DNA from: a virus
DNA length: 64,000 bases
Reading direction: 5' to 3' (one strand)
IMG/VR virus record: IMGVR_UViG_3300045988_181101
Shown: positions 1-8,136 of the stretch, piece after piece
Position numbering within the stretch: position 1 is the stretch's first letter
Layout of the letters: each line of letters starts with the position of its first letter
Translations under genes and position numbers: made by a program
The notes under the pieces: model-generated
Seen by the model: only the letters and a program-made list of their open reading frames with translations
Told to the model about the DNA's origin: nothing
The model's database searches: none

Positions 1-364
1 AGTCTCTTATATCCTCACTTACAAGACTCGATATTCTACCTATATCATCTTTAAAACCTAATAAATAAGTTTTATATTTTCCTTGATAGAAATCATTATA
101 TTTCTTCTGAGCTATCCAAGGATATGGAGCTTTAATAAAACAATAGGGTCCTGTAATTTTATAGTAATAAGGATTTTGTTTAATAGAACCTACTAAGAAA
201 ATGGTAGGTTCTACAGATTCTATTTCAAAAGCTTCAATTGGATGAAGTATATGATAATCCATAATTTTTCTTGTTGAACGAGCTTGATGTTCGTTAACTT
301 TTTCGTAAATCATTCCATTGTAAGAAAAGAATTCTCCTACTTTAAGATTTTTAAATAATATCAT
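1..364 (-). CDS. hypothetical protein, 3' part beyond left window edge
   Basis: ATG at 364 (cat 362-364). 121 codons are open to base 1 (MILFKNLKVGEFFSYNGMIYEK...). Absent from the ORF track because there is no stop in the window. Same strand as all neighbours. Confidence 0.5.
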   Translation of the reverse strand, partial: MILFKNLKVGEFFSYNGMIYEKVNEHQARSTRKIMDYHILHPIEAFEIESVEPTIFLVGSIKQNPYYYKITGPYCFIKAPYPWIAQKKYNDFYQGKYKTYLLGFKDDIGRISSLVSEDIRD

Positions 365-408
365 ATCAATATAATTTTAATAATTAGAAGTTCTTTGATG
401 TGTACTGT

Positions 409-627
409 TCATAATCTATTCTTACATATTTGTTTCAACCTCTCTAAATCTTTTCGTTTAGGCTCGTCTGCATTCTTAGTAGCGTCTATTATTGTCATAT
501 CGCTAACTATTGCAATCCATTGTTTTCCCGTTACAGGACTTGTATAAGTTACTTTATAGTGTCCATAACCTGATTGGATAAAATTAAAATTTGAAAGTTG
601 TGTCTTTGTCTTCATAATCTTTATCAT
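409..627 (-). CDS. hypothetical small protein (72 aa)
   Basis: ATG ORF immediately downstream of promoter-repeat copy A. Its first codons (MIKIMK) lie inside the repeat and are shared with the ORF at 8380-8535. Confidence 0.5.
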   Translation of the reverse strand: MIKIMKTKTQLSNFNFIQSGYGHYKVTYTSPVTGKQWIAIVSDMTIIDATKNADEPKRKDLERLKQICKNRL

Positions 628-714
628 TTTTAGTTGTCCTTTTTCAATACCTAAAGATACTCCTTATTTTGGAGATAACAAACGTTTATCTATATTTATG
701 GTCGAAATTAAGGA
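613..714 (-). promoter_or_regulatory. family-1 promoter/operator repeat, copy A
   Basis: On the minus strand: TTTG (682-679), 19-nt spacer, TATCTTTA (659-652), then the conserved leader AAAGGACAACTAAAAATG. The 50-100 nt block recurs at 8521-8603, 18681-18771 and 30681-30758. The spacing matches the Bacteroides -33/-7 promoter architecture. Confidence 0.6.
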
Positions 715-721
715 CTTTTAA

Positions 722-754
722 TAAAACTCTAACAATCTCTCTAAGTCAGGAAGC
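722..754. repeat. inverted repeat IR-L of putative invertible segment
   Basis: TAAAACTCTAACAATCTCTCTAAGTCAGGAAGC. The exact reverse complement is at 1547-1579. Identity ends on both sides (721/1580 and 755/1546 mismatch). Confidence 0.9.
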
Positions 755-1154
755 TGGAGAAATAACGCGAGTAACAATATCAGATGCATTAGTGTCATAT
801 GGAACTATTTATGGTTATCTAAATAGTCCTGAAGGACCTTCGGTAATAATAGGTGAATTGAAAAATTATATGCTTGTATCTTCAAGAACGTATGGATATA
901 CGTTCAAAGCAGTTGGTAGTGGAAATGTATCAATATCATTGAATTTAATCTTAAATACTAAAATATCATCACATACTGTAACGGAAGCTACAGGAGGAAT
1001 AACTGCTGACAAAATGTTTATTGTACAATCTACATCCGGAAGTATAATTACAATTAGGTTTGATAATTCTCCAAGTGGTGCAACAATTTCATCCAAAGTT
1101 TATTTTGAAGGATATATAAATCCTATATTAATGGACTTTACAATTGAACGTTAA
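723..1154 (+). CDS. silent alternative C-terminal cassette for the fibre gene 1210-2613 (no start codon of its own)
   Basis: Only substantial plus-strand ORF not antisense to a better minus-strand ORF. It begins with KTLTISLSQEA, encoded by IR-L in the same frame as in the fibre gene. There is no ATG near its 5' end (the track start at 669 is TTG inside the promoter repeat). 143 codons are open in AT-rich DNA, ending just before the 40-bp palindrome. Confidence 0.65.
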   Translation, partial: KTLTISLSQEAGEITRVTISDALVSYGTIYGYLNSPEGPSVIIGELKNYMLVSSRTYGYTFKAVGSGNVSISLNLILNTKISSHTVTEATGGITADKMFIVQSTSGSIITIRFDNSPSGATISSKVYFEGYINPILMDFTIER

Positions 1155-1166
1155 TAATTAATATAT

Positions 1167-1206
1167 TACATAATAGTCGGGTAAAATTTTACCCGACTAT
1201 TATGTA
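1167..1206. terminator. 40-bp perfect palindrome, bidirectional terminator candidate between the two convergent cassettes
   Basis: The left arm TACATAATAGTCGGGTAAAA (1167-1186) is followed directly by its exact reverse complement TTTTACCCGACTATTATGTA (1187-1206). It lies between the stop at 1154 (+) and the stop at 1210 (-). Confidence 0.6.
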
Positions 1207-1209
1207 CTC

Positions 1210-2613
1210 TTAATAAATGGTTAATGTTATTTCATCATAAGAGTTGCCTAATTGTATTGTTCCTGTAACTTTACCATCTCTATTTGTATATCTATAATTT
1301 TCAAAATCTGTACTACTTGAAAAATTACCACTTATGCCAACTGGAGGATAATCCATATCATCAAGAAAATGAATTTCACATTCCTCACATTGAGGTTCAA
1401 GAATAAGTTCTCCTCCTAAAGGAACATATAAATTTTCAGAAGTATATTGTTCAATTCGACCACTTGCATCATCTGTAAACCATTTTATTATCGGTGATCC
1501 TCCTTGAACGACATCAAACATAACACTAATAAATACTAATACTCTTGCTTCCTGACTTAGAGAGATTGTTAGAGTTTTACCACTGCTTTGTTGAGAAAGA
1601 GTAAGGGTACCTGTTCTTTGGAATGCAGCAAGATTATTTGCAGCTACTATATAGATTTCACTTGTATCATAGGAAGAAACAGAGAATGTACTATCTCCAC
1701 TAATACTTGGTGTATATGGAACTGCTGCTACTTCTGTAGTTGGATTACCATTTATATATTTTCGTCTTATTGAATTTACTGCTATTCTTTTTGTTTCACC
1801 TGTTGCTATAAAGGAAAGACTTGTAGTAGCTGATGTAAATTCATGACCCCATGTAATAGAAGCTGCAGCCTGAGTAACACTAACAGTAAAAGTATTTCCA
1901 CTAACACTCTGAGTAAAGACAACACTCCAACTTCTTGAACTTTCAACAACATTTTCTGTTACAGAGAAAGTCGTTCCTGATACAGTCAAACCTCCTTCTG
2001 GAGAAGATGATGAATAATCAAGATTTTCAGTACCAACTTGATGTCCATTAATATACTTCGTTCTATAAGAAGTAACTGAAATAGATTGACTATTTGCTGT
2101 CGCACCAAATGAAAGACTTGTTGTTGATGGTGAGAATGTATAAGTATAAGTAGGAACTCCTGCAGCCTGAGTAAAGTTCACAGTAATTTCTTGGTTAGTA
2201 ACAGACTGTTTAACACGAATATAACCTGATTTCTGTGATTCTGTCGTTTGATCTGCATTAGCATGTACTGAAACTGAATTTCCACTCACAGAATAAGTTG
2301 CCCAACTTGCATTGAATTCTGAAACTGACCAAGCAAGAGCTTCACCTCCAATTGTAGAGGTAACAGTAAAACTTTCACTACCAGTATTCTGAGGTAATTG
2401 AAATGAAGTTCTACTTACACTAAATGCAGCCTCAGCATATATTACATTATCCATAATAGGAATAGCAACATCTGAATAACTTCCCTCTATTCTTGCAAAT
2501 GGAGAAGTATCTAAGATTTCTTTTTTTGTTAGAAATCTATCTGCACCACTACCACTCGGGAATTCAGGTATTTTATTATGAACGAGATTTCTCGTTGCAA
2601 ATTCTTTACTCAT
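1210..2613 (-). CDS. tail fibre / receptor-binding-type protein with BACON-like Ig repeats; C-terminal 111 aa lie inside the invertible segment
   Basis: 467 aa, ATG at 2613. Three tandem ~90-100-aa beta-sandwich-type repeats each end in ...TV(N/S/T)(F/V/L)(T/S)Q(A/E)A. The first resembles BACON (W..S....W.......GNS..V.......). IR-R sits at codons for KTLTISLSQEA. Confidence 0.6.
   Translation of the reverse strand: MSKEFATRNLVHNKIPEFPSGSGADRFLTKKEILDTSPFARIEGSYSDVAIPIMDNVIYAEAAFSVSRTSFQLPQNTGSESFTVTSTIGGEALAWSVSEFNASWATYSVSGNSVSVHANADQTTESQKSGYIRVKQSVTNQEITVNFTQAAGVPTYTYTFSPSTTSLSFGATANSQSISVTSYRTKYINGHQVGTENLDYSSSSPEGGLTVSGTTFSVTENVVESSRSWSVVFTQSVSGNTFTVSVTQAAASITWGHEFTSATTSLSFIATGETKRIAVNSIRRKYINGNPTTEVAAVPYTPSISGDSTFSVSSYDTSEIYIVAANNLAAFQRTGTLTLSQQSSGKTLTISLSQEARVLVFISVMFDVVQGGSPIIKWFTDDASGRIEQYTSENLYVPLGGELILEPQCEECEIHFLDDMDYPPVGISGNFSSSTDFENYRYTNRDGKVTGTIQLGNSYDEITLTIY
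1547..1579. repeat. inverted repeat IR-R of putative invertible segment
   Basis: Exact reverse complement of 722-754, inside the fibre CDS. Confidence 0.9.
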
Positions 2614-2647
2614 ATCATTAATCTTATATAAACGAATAAAAACAATC

Positions 2648-3085
2648 TTATCTATAAAGTAATTCGTGAAGAGTCAGATCTTTTTTCCTTCTTATAGAAA
2701 CATTCATATATTTAGGAAAGTCAAGATTTTCTTCATTTAAAAAGTCAACGAATACTTGCCATGAAATCATATAAACAGAACCACAACGAAAATCCATCTT
2801 ATACATTTTCCATAAAGGTTTATCCTCTTTAATAGAAATACATTTCAAAGGATCTTGTTCATCATTAGATTTAAAGTTCTCAACAAGTTTCATCTTACCA
2901 AACCAAGAAATATTATATCCAGGAATAAGAACAAGAATATCTTCTTTAGGATATTCAAGATATTCCTCAATTATCTTTACTTCTTCATCAGAGATAAGCA
3001 TTCTATCTTTAATTTGAGAAAGGTATAGACGAAATCCTTTCATTTCGTCTACTACCCAATTATAACCTATTTTATAAGTACTCAT
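2648..3085 (-). CDS. hypothetical protein (145 aa)
   Basis: ATG ORF, minus-strand tiling, no recognisable motif. Confidence 0.55.
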   Translation of the reverse strand: MSTYKIGYNWVVDEMKGFRLYLSQIKDRMLISDEEVKIIEEYLEYPKEDILVLIPGYNISWFGKMKLVENFKSNDEQDPLKCISIKEDKPLWKMYKMDFRCGSVYMISWQVFVDFLNEENLDFPKYMNVSIRRKKDLTLHELLYR

Positions 3086-3087
3086 AA

Positions 3088-3312
3088 TTATAGAATTTCT
3101 TCATTTTTATTCCATTCTTCATTATTCAGGACGCTACCAAGTTCTCTACTGTTATGTTCGTAAACCGTTAGTTTATCCTCGTCAGTCAACACAGGATGCA
3201 CAAAGTCATAATGAAGAATAACCTTACTTCCGTTCACACTCTTACGCGCATGCTCAGGTACTACTATTCCCTTTTGCAAACACCATTCTACTGTTACAAT
3301 TACATATTTCAT
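3088..3312 (-). CDS. hypothetical protein (74 aa)
   Basis: ATG ORF with a 4-nt overlap with the upstream gene. Confidence 0.5.
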   Translation of the reverse strand: MKYVIVTVEWCLQKGIVVPEHARKSVNGSKVILHYDFVHPVLTDEDKLTVYEHNSRELGSVLNNEEWNKNEEIL

Positions 3313-4037
3313 CCGTTTAATCTTTTAGTCCAAATTTCATTTAACTTTATCTTCTCTTGCTCTATTTCATCAGGAGTGAGAGATTTATCGTAGAGGGCGA
3401 AGTAGTAGATAGCACCATGCAGATAACGATTATCATTCTTCCTGGTATTCCCTAAATATAATAAATTAGTATCTGTTCCAGATCCTTTTGTTATATTAGT
3501 TCCATTATAGGATGTACTCGTCTGATATGATATCGAATCAGATTTTTCTACTAATATTGAAGATAAAGTACCAAACGAACGGCATTGATCATTTGTACTA
3601 TTTTTAAGAAGTTCAAAAATGAAAGCACCAGTATCATAAGATAAACTCTTAGAAGCTACTACTGTTTCATTATCATCTTGTTTATCCCAAATCTGTCTCC
3701 TACATATCACTGTATAATCCGTTTGTATCGGCATATTGTCACATACAGCATAATCATCTACACCATCGAATACAAGAGAACCTTCATAAGAAGAAGCCAC
3801 TTTTCCTTCGTCATTTCCGCCACTGTGTTGTCCGCTTCCACCAAATCCGCTATTAGGAGTAAACGCAAAGTTCTTCAGCACAAGTTCATGTCCCTTGTAA
3901 CCACTTATCGAAGCAGGAGGATTATCATTGCTGTATCCTGACATAAACCAAGCGTCAACAAGGGACTTATCAAATGAAATTTCTGATTCAGTTCCATGTA
4001 CATGTCTAAATGGAATTCCTATACCTCTTCCTATCAT
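3309..4037 (-). CDS. LamG/concanavalin-A-like lectin-fold protein (tail-associated?)
   Basis: SLVFDGVDDYAVCDN and GAIYYFALYDKSLTPDEI resemble the Laminin_G_3 pattern (FDG.dDy... / riynraLs.eEi). Confidence 0.5.
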   Translation of the reverse strand: MIGRGIGIPFRHVHGTESEISFDKSLVDAWFMSGYSNDNPPASISGYKGHELVLKNFAFTPNSGFGGSGQHSGGNDEGKVASSYEGSLVFDGVDDYAVCDNMPIQTDYTVICRRQIWDKQDDNETVVASKSLSYDTGAFIFELLKNSTNDQCRSFGTLSSILVEKSDSISYQTSTSYNGTNITKGSGTDTNLLYLGNTRKNDNRYLHGAIYYFALYDKSLTPDEIEQEKIKLNEIWTKRLNG

Positions 4038-4100
4038 ACTATATACTCCTGATTAGACGAAAGTTTCTTATTATTAAAAACATAACATCTTGACATTTCA

Positions 4101-4424
4101 TTACCAACCTATATTAAATTGTGCAGTCGTTCCGTCTCTATATACCGTTTCCACTAAATAAGGAATAGGTAAACCAAGATTAGCAGTAATTTCTGCTTTA
4201 GAGATCGTATAATCTTCTCTACCACCAACAAGTCTTACTTTAATTGTACCTTCAGTAAGAGGTATAACATAGAAGTAATTGGGTCTATCCTCTTCTCCAA
4301 GAAAAGTTGTATCAAGATTGTCTACTATCATACCAATAGAGAATGCTCTTGAGATAGTCATAGATGAAACTGTTCCATTTTGATTGACTATCGCTGTTCT
4401 ATTATAACTTATATTTTTATTCAT
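4101..4424 (-). CDS. hypothetical protein (107 aa), probable virion component by context
   Basis: ATG ORF tightly following 4428-5585. Confidence 0.5.
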   Translation of the reverse strand: MNKNISYNRTAIVNQNGTVSSMTISRAFSIGMIVDNLDTTFLGEEDRPNYFYVIPLTEGTIKVRLVGGREDYTISKAEITANLGLPIPYLVETVYRDGTTAQFNIGW

Positions 4425-4427
4425 ATC

Positions 4428-5585
4428 TTAAAAATTAACAATTGATTGATTTCCTAAATTTGAATATGGTCTTAAAATATATTGATCAGAAAGTAAATAA
4501 CAGTTCGTTTCTAAAGCAACAGATACATCATAATATAATGTACTCGACATATCAATTTCAACAGCTAAATAACCTTCGTTAGAATTTGACGTATAAAGTA
4601 CGCTGGGGAATATTGATGTATTAGTATGTTGAAGTACTTTAACATGAAGGTTATTTTCTATTACACAAAAGTAGAAAGTTAAAAAAGTCGCATTTGAATT
4701 TGATATCCTCTGAGTGATTGTAACCATACCTGAACAAGTATTTTCACTTGCGTTTAAAGGACATCTAAGAATATTATAATAATTTCTACTGCTAATAGAT
4801 AAAGATCCTCTAACTCTATTTCTTTGATAGGTCGTTGATTCGTTGTTTGTACAAGATAAAGTGTTGTTTGTACATTGAATCACAAGTCTTCGTACTACTA
4901 AAATATTCTGATCATCTTCAAATGGAGATGAAGATGACATATTTAAAACCCAGTTTGTATTATCAGTATAAACACTTTTTATATTCCAAACTATAGTTCT
5001 GTCATTTTGATCTCCTCTTGAAACAAAAATAGCAGTAGTATCTTTAGCTCTAATAGCGATATCAGAAACGCTGTCTACATACTGTCCAAGAGCATTAAGA
5101 ATATCCTGATGAGAAGAAGACATTGTTATATTTACTATACTTTTATCAAGATAATAAATATTTGCCAAAGTATAAGATAATAAATTATTCGTAAGACTCA
5201 TCGAACCAGCAGAAAGAGTAAAAACTTTCTTTCTACTTACATTATTAATATACTGAGGATTAGGTAAGTTAATGATAGTTAAAGTGTAATTATTCGCATC
5301 TTCATCTACAGTAGCACTAAAATTAAAGCAAGATCTTGCTACTGTAAGAGAATTATTAGTAGACGATCCAAAATAAGGTGGAATACCTTTTGATACCTTT
5401 TTACATATATTTTTAAATGCTTCTTCTCCACCAAATGCACTAAGAATATCTGACGAAGAAGCTCCTGTTTTTAGAGAAGAAACAGCATCAGGTATCAAAA
5501 CCATTCCTCCTACTTCATTATTAAGAACTCGACCAATAGATTCGTCTATCTCAGGTCCAGTATATAAACTATTATAATCGGCCAT
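4428..5585 (-). CDS. hypothetical protein (385 aa), probable tail/fibre component by context
   Basis: ATG ORF with Ser/Thr/Asn-rich composition, in a cluster with lectin-like and fibre genes. Confidence 0.55.
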   Translation of the reverse strand: MADYNSLYTGPEIDESIGRVLNNEVGGMVLIPDAVSSLKTGASSSDILSAFGGEEAFKNICKKVSKGIPPYFGSSTNNSLTVARSCFNFSATVDEDANNYTLTIINLPNPQYINNVSRKKVFTLSAGSMSLTNNLLSYTLANIYYLDKSIVNITMSSSHQDILNALGQYVDSVSDIAIRAKDTTAIFVSRGDQNDRTIVWNIKSVYTDNTNWVLNMSSSSPFEDDQNILVVRRLVIQCTNNTLSCTNNESTTYQRNRVRGSLSISSRNYYNILRCPLNASENTCSGMVTITQRISNSNATFLTFYFCVIENNLHVKVLQHTNTSIFPSVLYTSNSNEGYLAVEIDMSSTLYYDVSVALETNCYLLSDQYILRPYSNLGNQSIVNF

Positions 5586-5620
5586 ATTATATTAATTTTG
5601 TGAATATTCTGAACGTAAAG

Positions 5621-5656
5621 ATAAGAAACATATTTAATATAAGAAACATATTTAAT
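5621..5656. repeat. tandem direct repeat, 2 x 18 bp (ATAAGAAACATATTTAAT)
   Basis: Two perfect adjacent copies at 5621-5638 and 5639-5656, overlapping a -7-like box (TAAAGATA 5616-5623, minus strand) upstream of the ATG at 5585. Confidence 0.8.
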
Positions 5657-5815
5657 AAAAAACCGGATAATCTTTCTCAAGATCACCCGGTCAAACAACT
5701 TTTTATATAAAGATTCAAATCACAGAATGTTAAAAACGACAGAAACAATCATTCCGTAAAAAGAAAGTAACAATGACGTTGTAAATTTACAATGATATTT
5801 TCATTTAAACAACTC

Positions 5816-6398
5816 TTATCTTATTTTCATATTAGATACAGGTCGAACCCAATTGTAATTGCCCTGAACGTCGCCGCTCCAATAACCATTGCACCAACAG
5901 AGAACAAAATTGCGTTTGTTTCCTTTTCTCGTAGAACACCAATACCAGTCATCTTTCACTGGTTGTTTTCCGCAGATAGCTAAGGCTGCATTCAGCATAA
6001 CCTTATGTTCATACCCTAAGACACTCTCTTGTAGTGTAGGAATGCGCCAACTTAATCCACATAAGTCCAATGCTATGACTTTCTCAGCAATTTCGCTTCC
6101 GGATGCAGCCAATGCTTTGGTATTGCCTATTCCATCGGTATCCTTCATGCCTTCTTCTGTGGTTGGATATATCTTTCCTGTTTGCTCTTTCTCCCAATCA
6201 AGAAGAATATGGGTATCATTATCCATATCTTCCGGATAGAAGAATAAAGCATTGCCATCATGGATAATAACTACACATTGTGCCTGTTCGTTTTCTTCAT
6301 GCAGTCCCCAAAATTTAGGTTCTACAAAATTCTTATTGACGGTAAAGATGAATACACCATTACCTACATTTTCTTTTGTGTAAATTCCTTTTTTTCAT
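5816..6398 (-). CDS. DUF1566-like protein, reading frame interrupted at an A7 tract
   Basis: C-terminal part (5816-6226) carries WRIPT..E / YW(C)S / VRPV, as in DUF1566. Its frame stays open upstream to 6394 without an ATG. The ATG at 6398 is followed by A7 (T7 on plus strand, 6389-6395) and is out of frame by one base. Confidence 0.5.
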
Positions 6399-6403
6399 AA
6401 TAG

Positions 6404-6805
6404 TTATATAAGTTTTAATGCTTCTTGTATCCCGGCTTCCAGTGCTTCCTCGTAGGTGACATATACTTTATAGCCATTCCCTTTGTTTATTTCGTTCTCC
6501 ATCCAGTCGCTTTCTTCTGTTGGAACATTGAAATCACAAAAAGAAAGCTTCCATCTTTTTCCAATAACAGGTTCTACATATACATACACACCTCTTATTT
6601 TACGCAGCCACTTTTGGGCGATATACAATGTTGGACACAAAAATTCAACAGGTTCGTCATCTATTTCCGTACAACACGACATACTTTGCGGAAGGTTATA
6701 TTTTGTAATAACCTTATTACGGTCTATTAGGTGTTCACACTTCCAATCAAATCCTTTCTCCTTCAGCAACTTCGCTGTTTCTAATGTTACGAGTTCTTCG
6801 GTCAT
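6404..6805 (-). CDS. hypothetical protein (133 aa)
   Basis: ATG ORF in the higher-GC island. Confidence 0.55.
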   Translation of the reverse strand: MTEELVTLETAKLLKEKGFDWKCEHLIDRNKVITKYNLPQSMSCCTEIDDEPVEFLCPTLYIAQKWLRKIRGVYVYVEPVIGKRWKLSFCDFNVPTEESDWMENEINKGNGYKVYVTYEEALEAGIQEALKLI

Positions 6806-6807
6806 AA

Positions 6808-7278
6808 TTAACTTTTATTAAAGTGTTCAATCAATTCGTTTACGGTAGCCTTGTGATAACGTCCTGAAATAATAGTTTCATGATTCCAATTTTCATTCCA
6901 AAAGAACATAATGCCTTTGGGTTCTGTGAAATAATGATCGTTGCCAATAGAATCATCATAAGAAACGCTAAGGAGCGAATCTGTTATAAACCACTGATTC
7001 TTATTTGTATCATCTCTCAATGCAGAGATAGCTAAGAAAAGTTCTTCGTTGGTTCCGCAATCAATTCTTCCAGCACAATTCCAAGTTCTATGTGGGTCTA
7101 CTGAATCAAACATCTCATTTGTGATGATTGTGTATTTAGCATACACATTATTTGCTGTTGTTGCTAAACACAACTTATCGTTATTAGATATTGTTCTTGA
7201 TTTGTACCCTAATTTTTCCAACTTCTTCCTTAATTCCGGTGTGTTTTTACGTATGAAACATGGTGTTGTAAATCCCAT
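6808..7278 (-). CDS. hypothetical protein (156 aa)
   Basis: ATG ORF in the higher-GC island. Confidence 0.55.
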   Translation of the reverse strand: MGFTTPCFIRKNTPELRKKLEKLGYKSRTISNNDKLCLATTANNVYAKYTIITNEMFDSVDPHRTWNCAGRIDCGTNEELFLAISALRDDTNKNQWFITDSLLSVSYDDSIGNDHYFTEPKGIMFFWNENWNHETIISGRYHKATVNELIEHFNKS

Positions 7279-7280
7279 AG

Positions 7281-7490
7281 TTATTCCTTCTTATCTATCT
7301 TAATATCCGTTACTTCTCCACGATTAATAAAACGTTCATCAGAGTTATAATATCCAGCAATTACTTTACACAAGGGACGATCCATTCTACATTGTTCTTG
7401 TAGACTACAATTGTCACATGGTGAACTATTCTGCATTAATACTAATTCATGCAGCACCCCATCTATTATTATTCCGTTCTTTACTTCCAT
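7281..7490 (-). CDS. hypothetical Cys-containing small protein (69 aa)
   Basis: ATG ORF in the higher-GC island. Confidence 0.5.
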   Translation of the reverse strand: MEVKNGIIIDGVLHELVLMQNSSPCDNCSLQEQCRMDRPLCKVIAGYYNSDERFINRGEVTDIKIDKKE

Positions 7491-7492
7491 GA

Positions 7493-7801
7493 TTATTCTT
7501 CTTTCTCTTTAATCCGTTCCAGTACATCCTTGTTGGCTTCGAGTATTTCATCGAAAGAGGAGATGGGCATCCAGTGGGTAACACCACCATCATAAGCAGA
7601 TAAATCTTGTCCTGTATAAAATTTACCTCCACAGTAAAACAGAACACGATATTTATAACGTCTGCCTGCAACAAACACCCATCCGCTATCTTCCGGCAAC
7701 CGTTCTTCTACTCTTATCCAAGGCGACTTAACCTTAGCATACTCCACATCCGTAGATTCCTTTTGAAGATGCCCGTCTGCTGTTTTTGTTGTATGTTTCA
7801 T
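7493..7801 (-). CDS. DUF551-like protein (102 aa)
   Basis: WIRVEERLPEDSGWVFV ... THWMPI resembles the DUF551 pattern (W..v.d.lP ... W.p.). Confidence 0.45.
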   Translation of the reverse strand: MKHTTKTADGHLQKESTDVEYAKVKSPWIRVEERLPEDSGWVFVAGRRYKYRVLFYCGGKFYTGQDLSAYDGGVTHWMPISSFDEILEANKDVLERIKEKEE

Positions 7802-8136
7802 AGTAATATTTTATTTATTCTATTAACAGCCTTATCAAATTCTTTATTAAATTCATTTATATTAATTTCCTCACCAAGAGTATGAACGTATGTATAATAG
7901 TGGGGATTAATTTTAAATACTCCGTCCTTATCGGTTTGGAATGTCACCACTATGCAGCTTGATAAGACTTTATCGTTTTTCATTCCACCCATGTATATAT
8001 CGTTTGGGGTTATAGATATAATTTTATAATACGAATACCAATAGTCCGACGGTTTCTTGGGGCAACTATATGAATCTCTACGCTTGAAACATTTCCCAAT
8101 AAGTGATGCAAATTTGGGATATTCTGCTTCTATCAA
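7798..8136 (-). CDS. hypothetical protein; annotated start is TTG, possibly a frameshifted longer gene starting at 8200
   Basis: The codon at 8136 is TTG. The frame is open upstream, and the ATG at 8200 (cat 8198-8200) is separated from it by an A8 tract (T8 at 8173-8180). Confidence 0.45.
   Translation of the reverse strand: MIEAEYPKFASLIGKCFKRRDSYSCPKKPSDYWYSYYKIISITPNDIYMGGMKNDKVLSSCIVVTFQTDKDGVFKINPHYYTYVHTLGEEININEFNKEFDKAVNRINKILL

Noticed and set aside
866-1096. 76-aa minus-strand ORF inside the invertible segment
   Set aside because: It is antisense to the longer cassette ORF (723-1154), which is in frame with the recombination repeat. It has no start context and its composition is unremarkable.
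722-1579. Diversity-generating retroelement (TR/VR pair) as the explanation for the repeat in the fibre gene
   Set aside because: The two copies are inverted, only 33 bp long and perfectly identical, with no adenine-specific mismatches. No reverse transcriptase is present in the window.
5621-5656. Possible CRISPR-like or iteron array
   Set aside because: There are only two adjacent 18-bp copies and no spacers. It is more likely part of a promoter region. No CRISPR array is seen anywhere in the window.
7447-7674. 75-aa minus-strand ORF overlapping 7493-7801 in another frame
   Set aside because: It is almost entirely nested in the DUF551-like ORF and spans the junction with the next gene. The neighbours tile perfectly without it.
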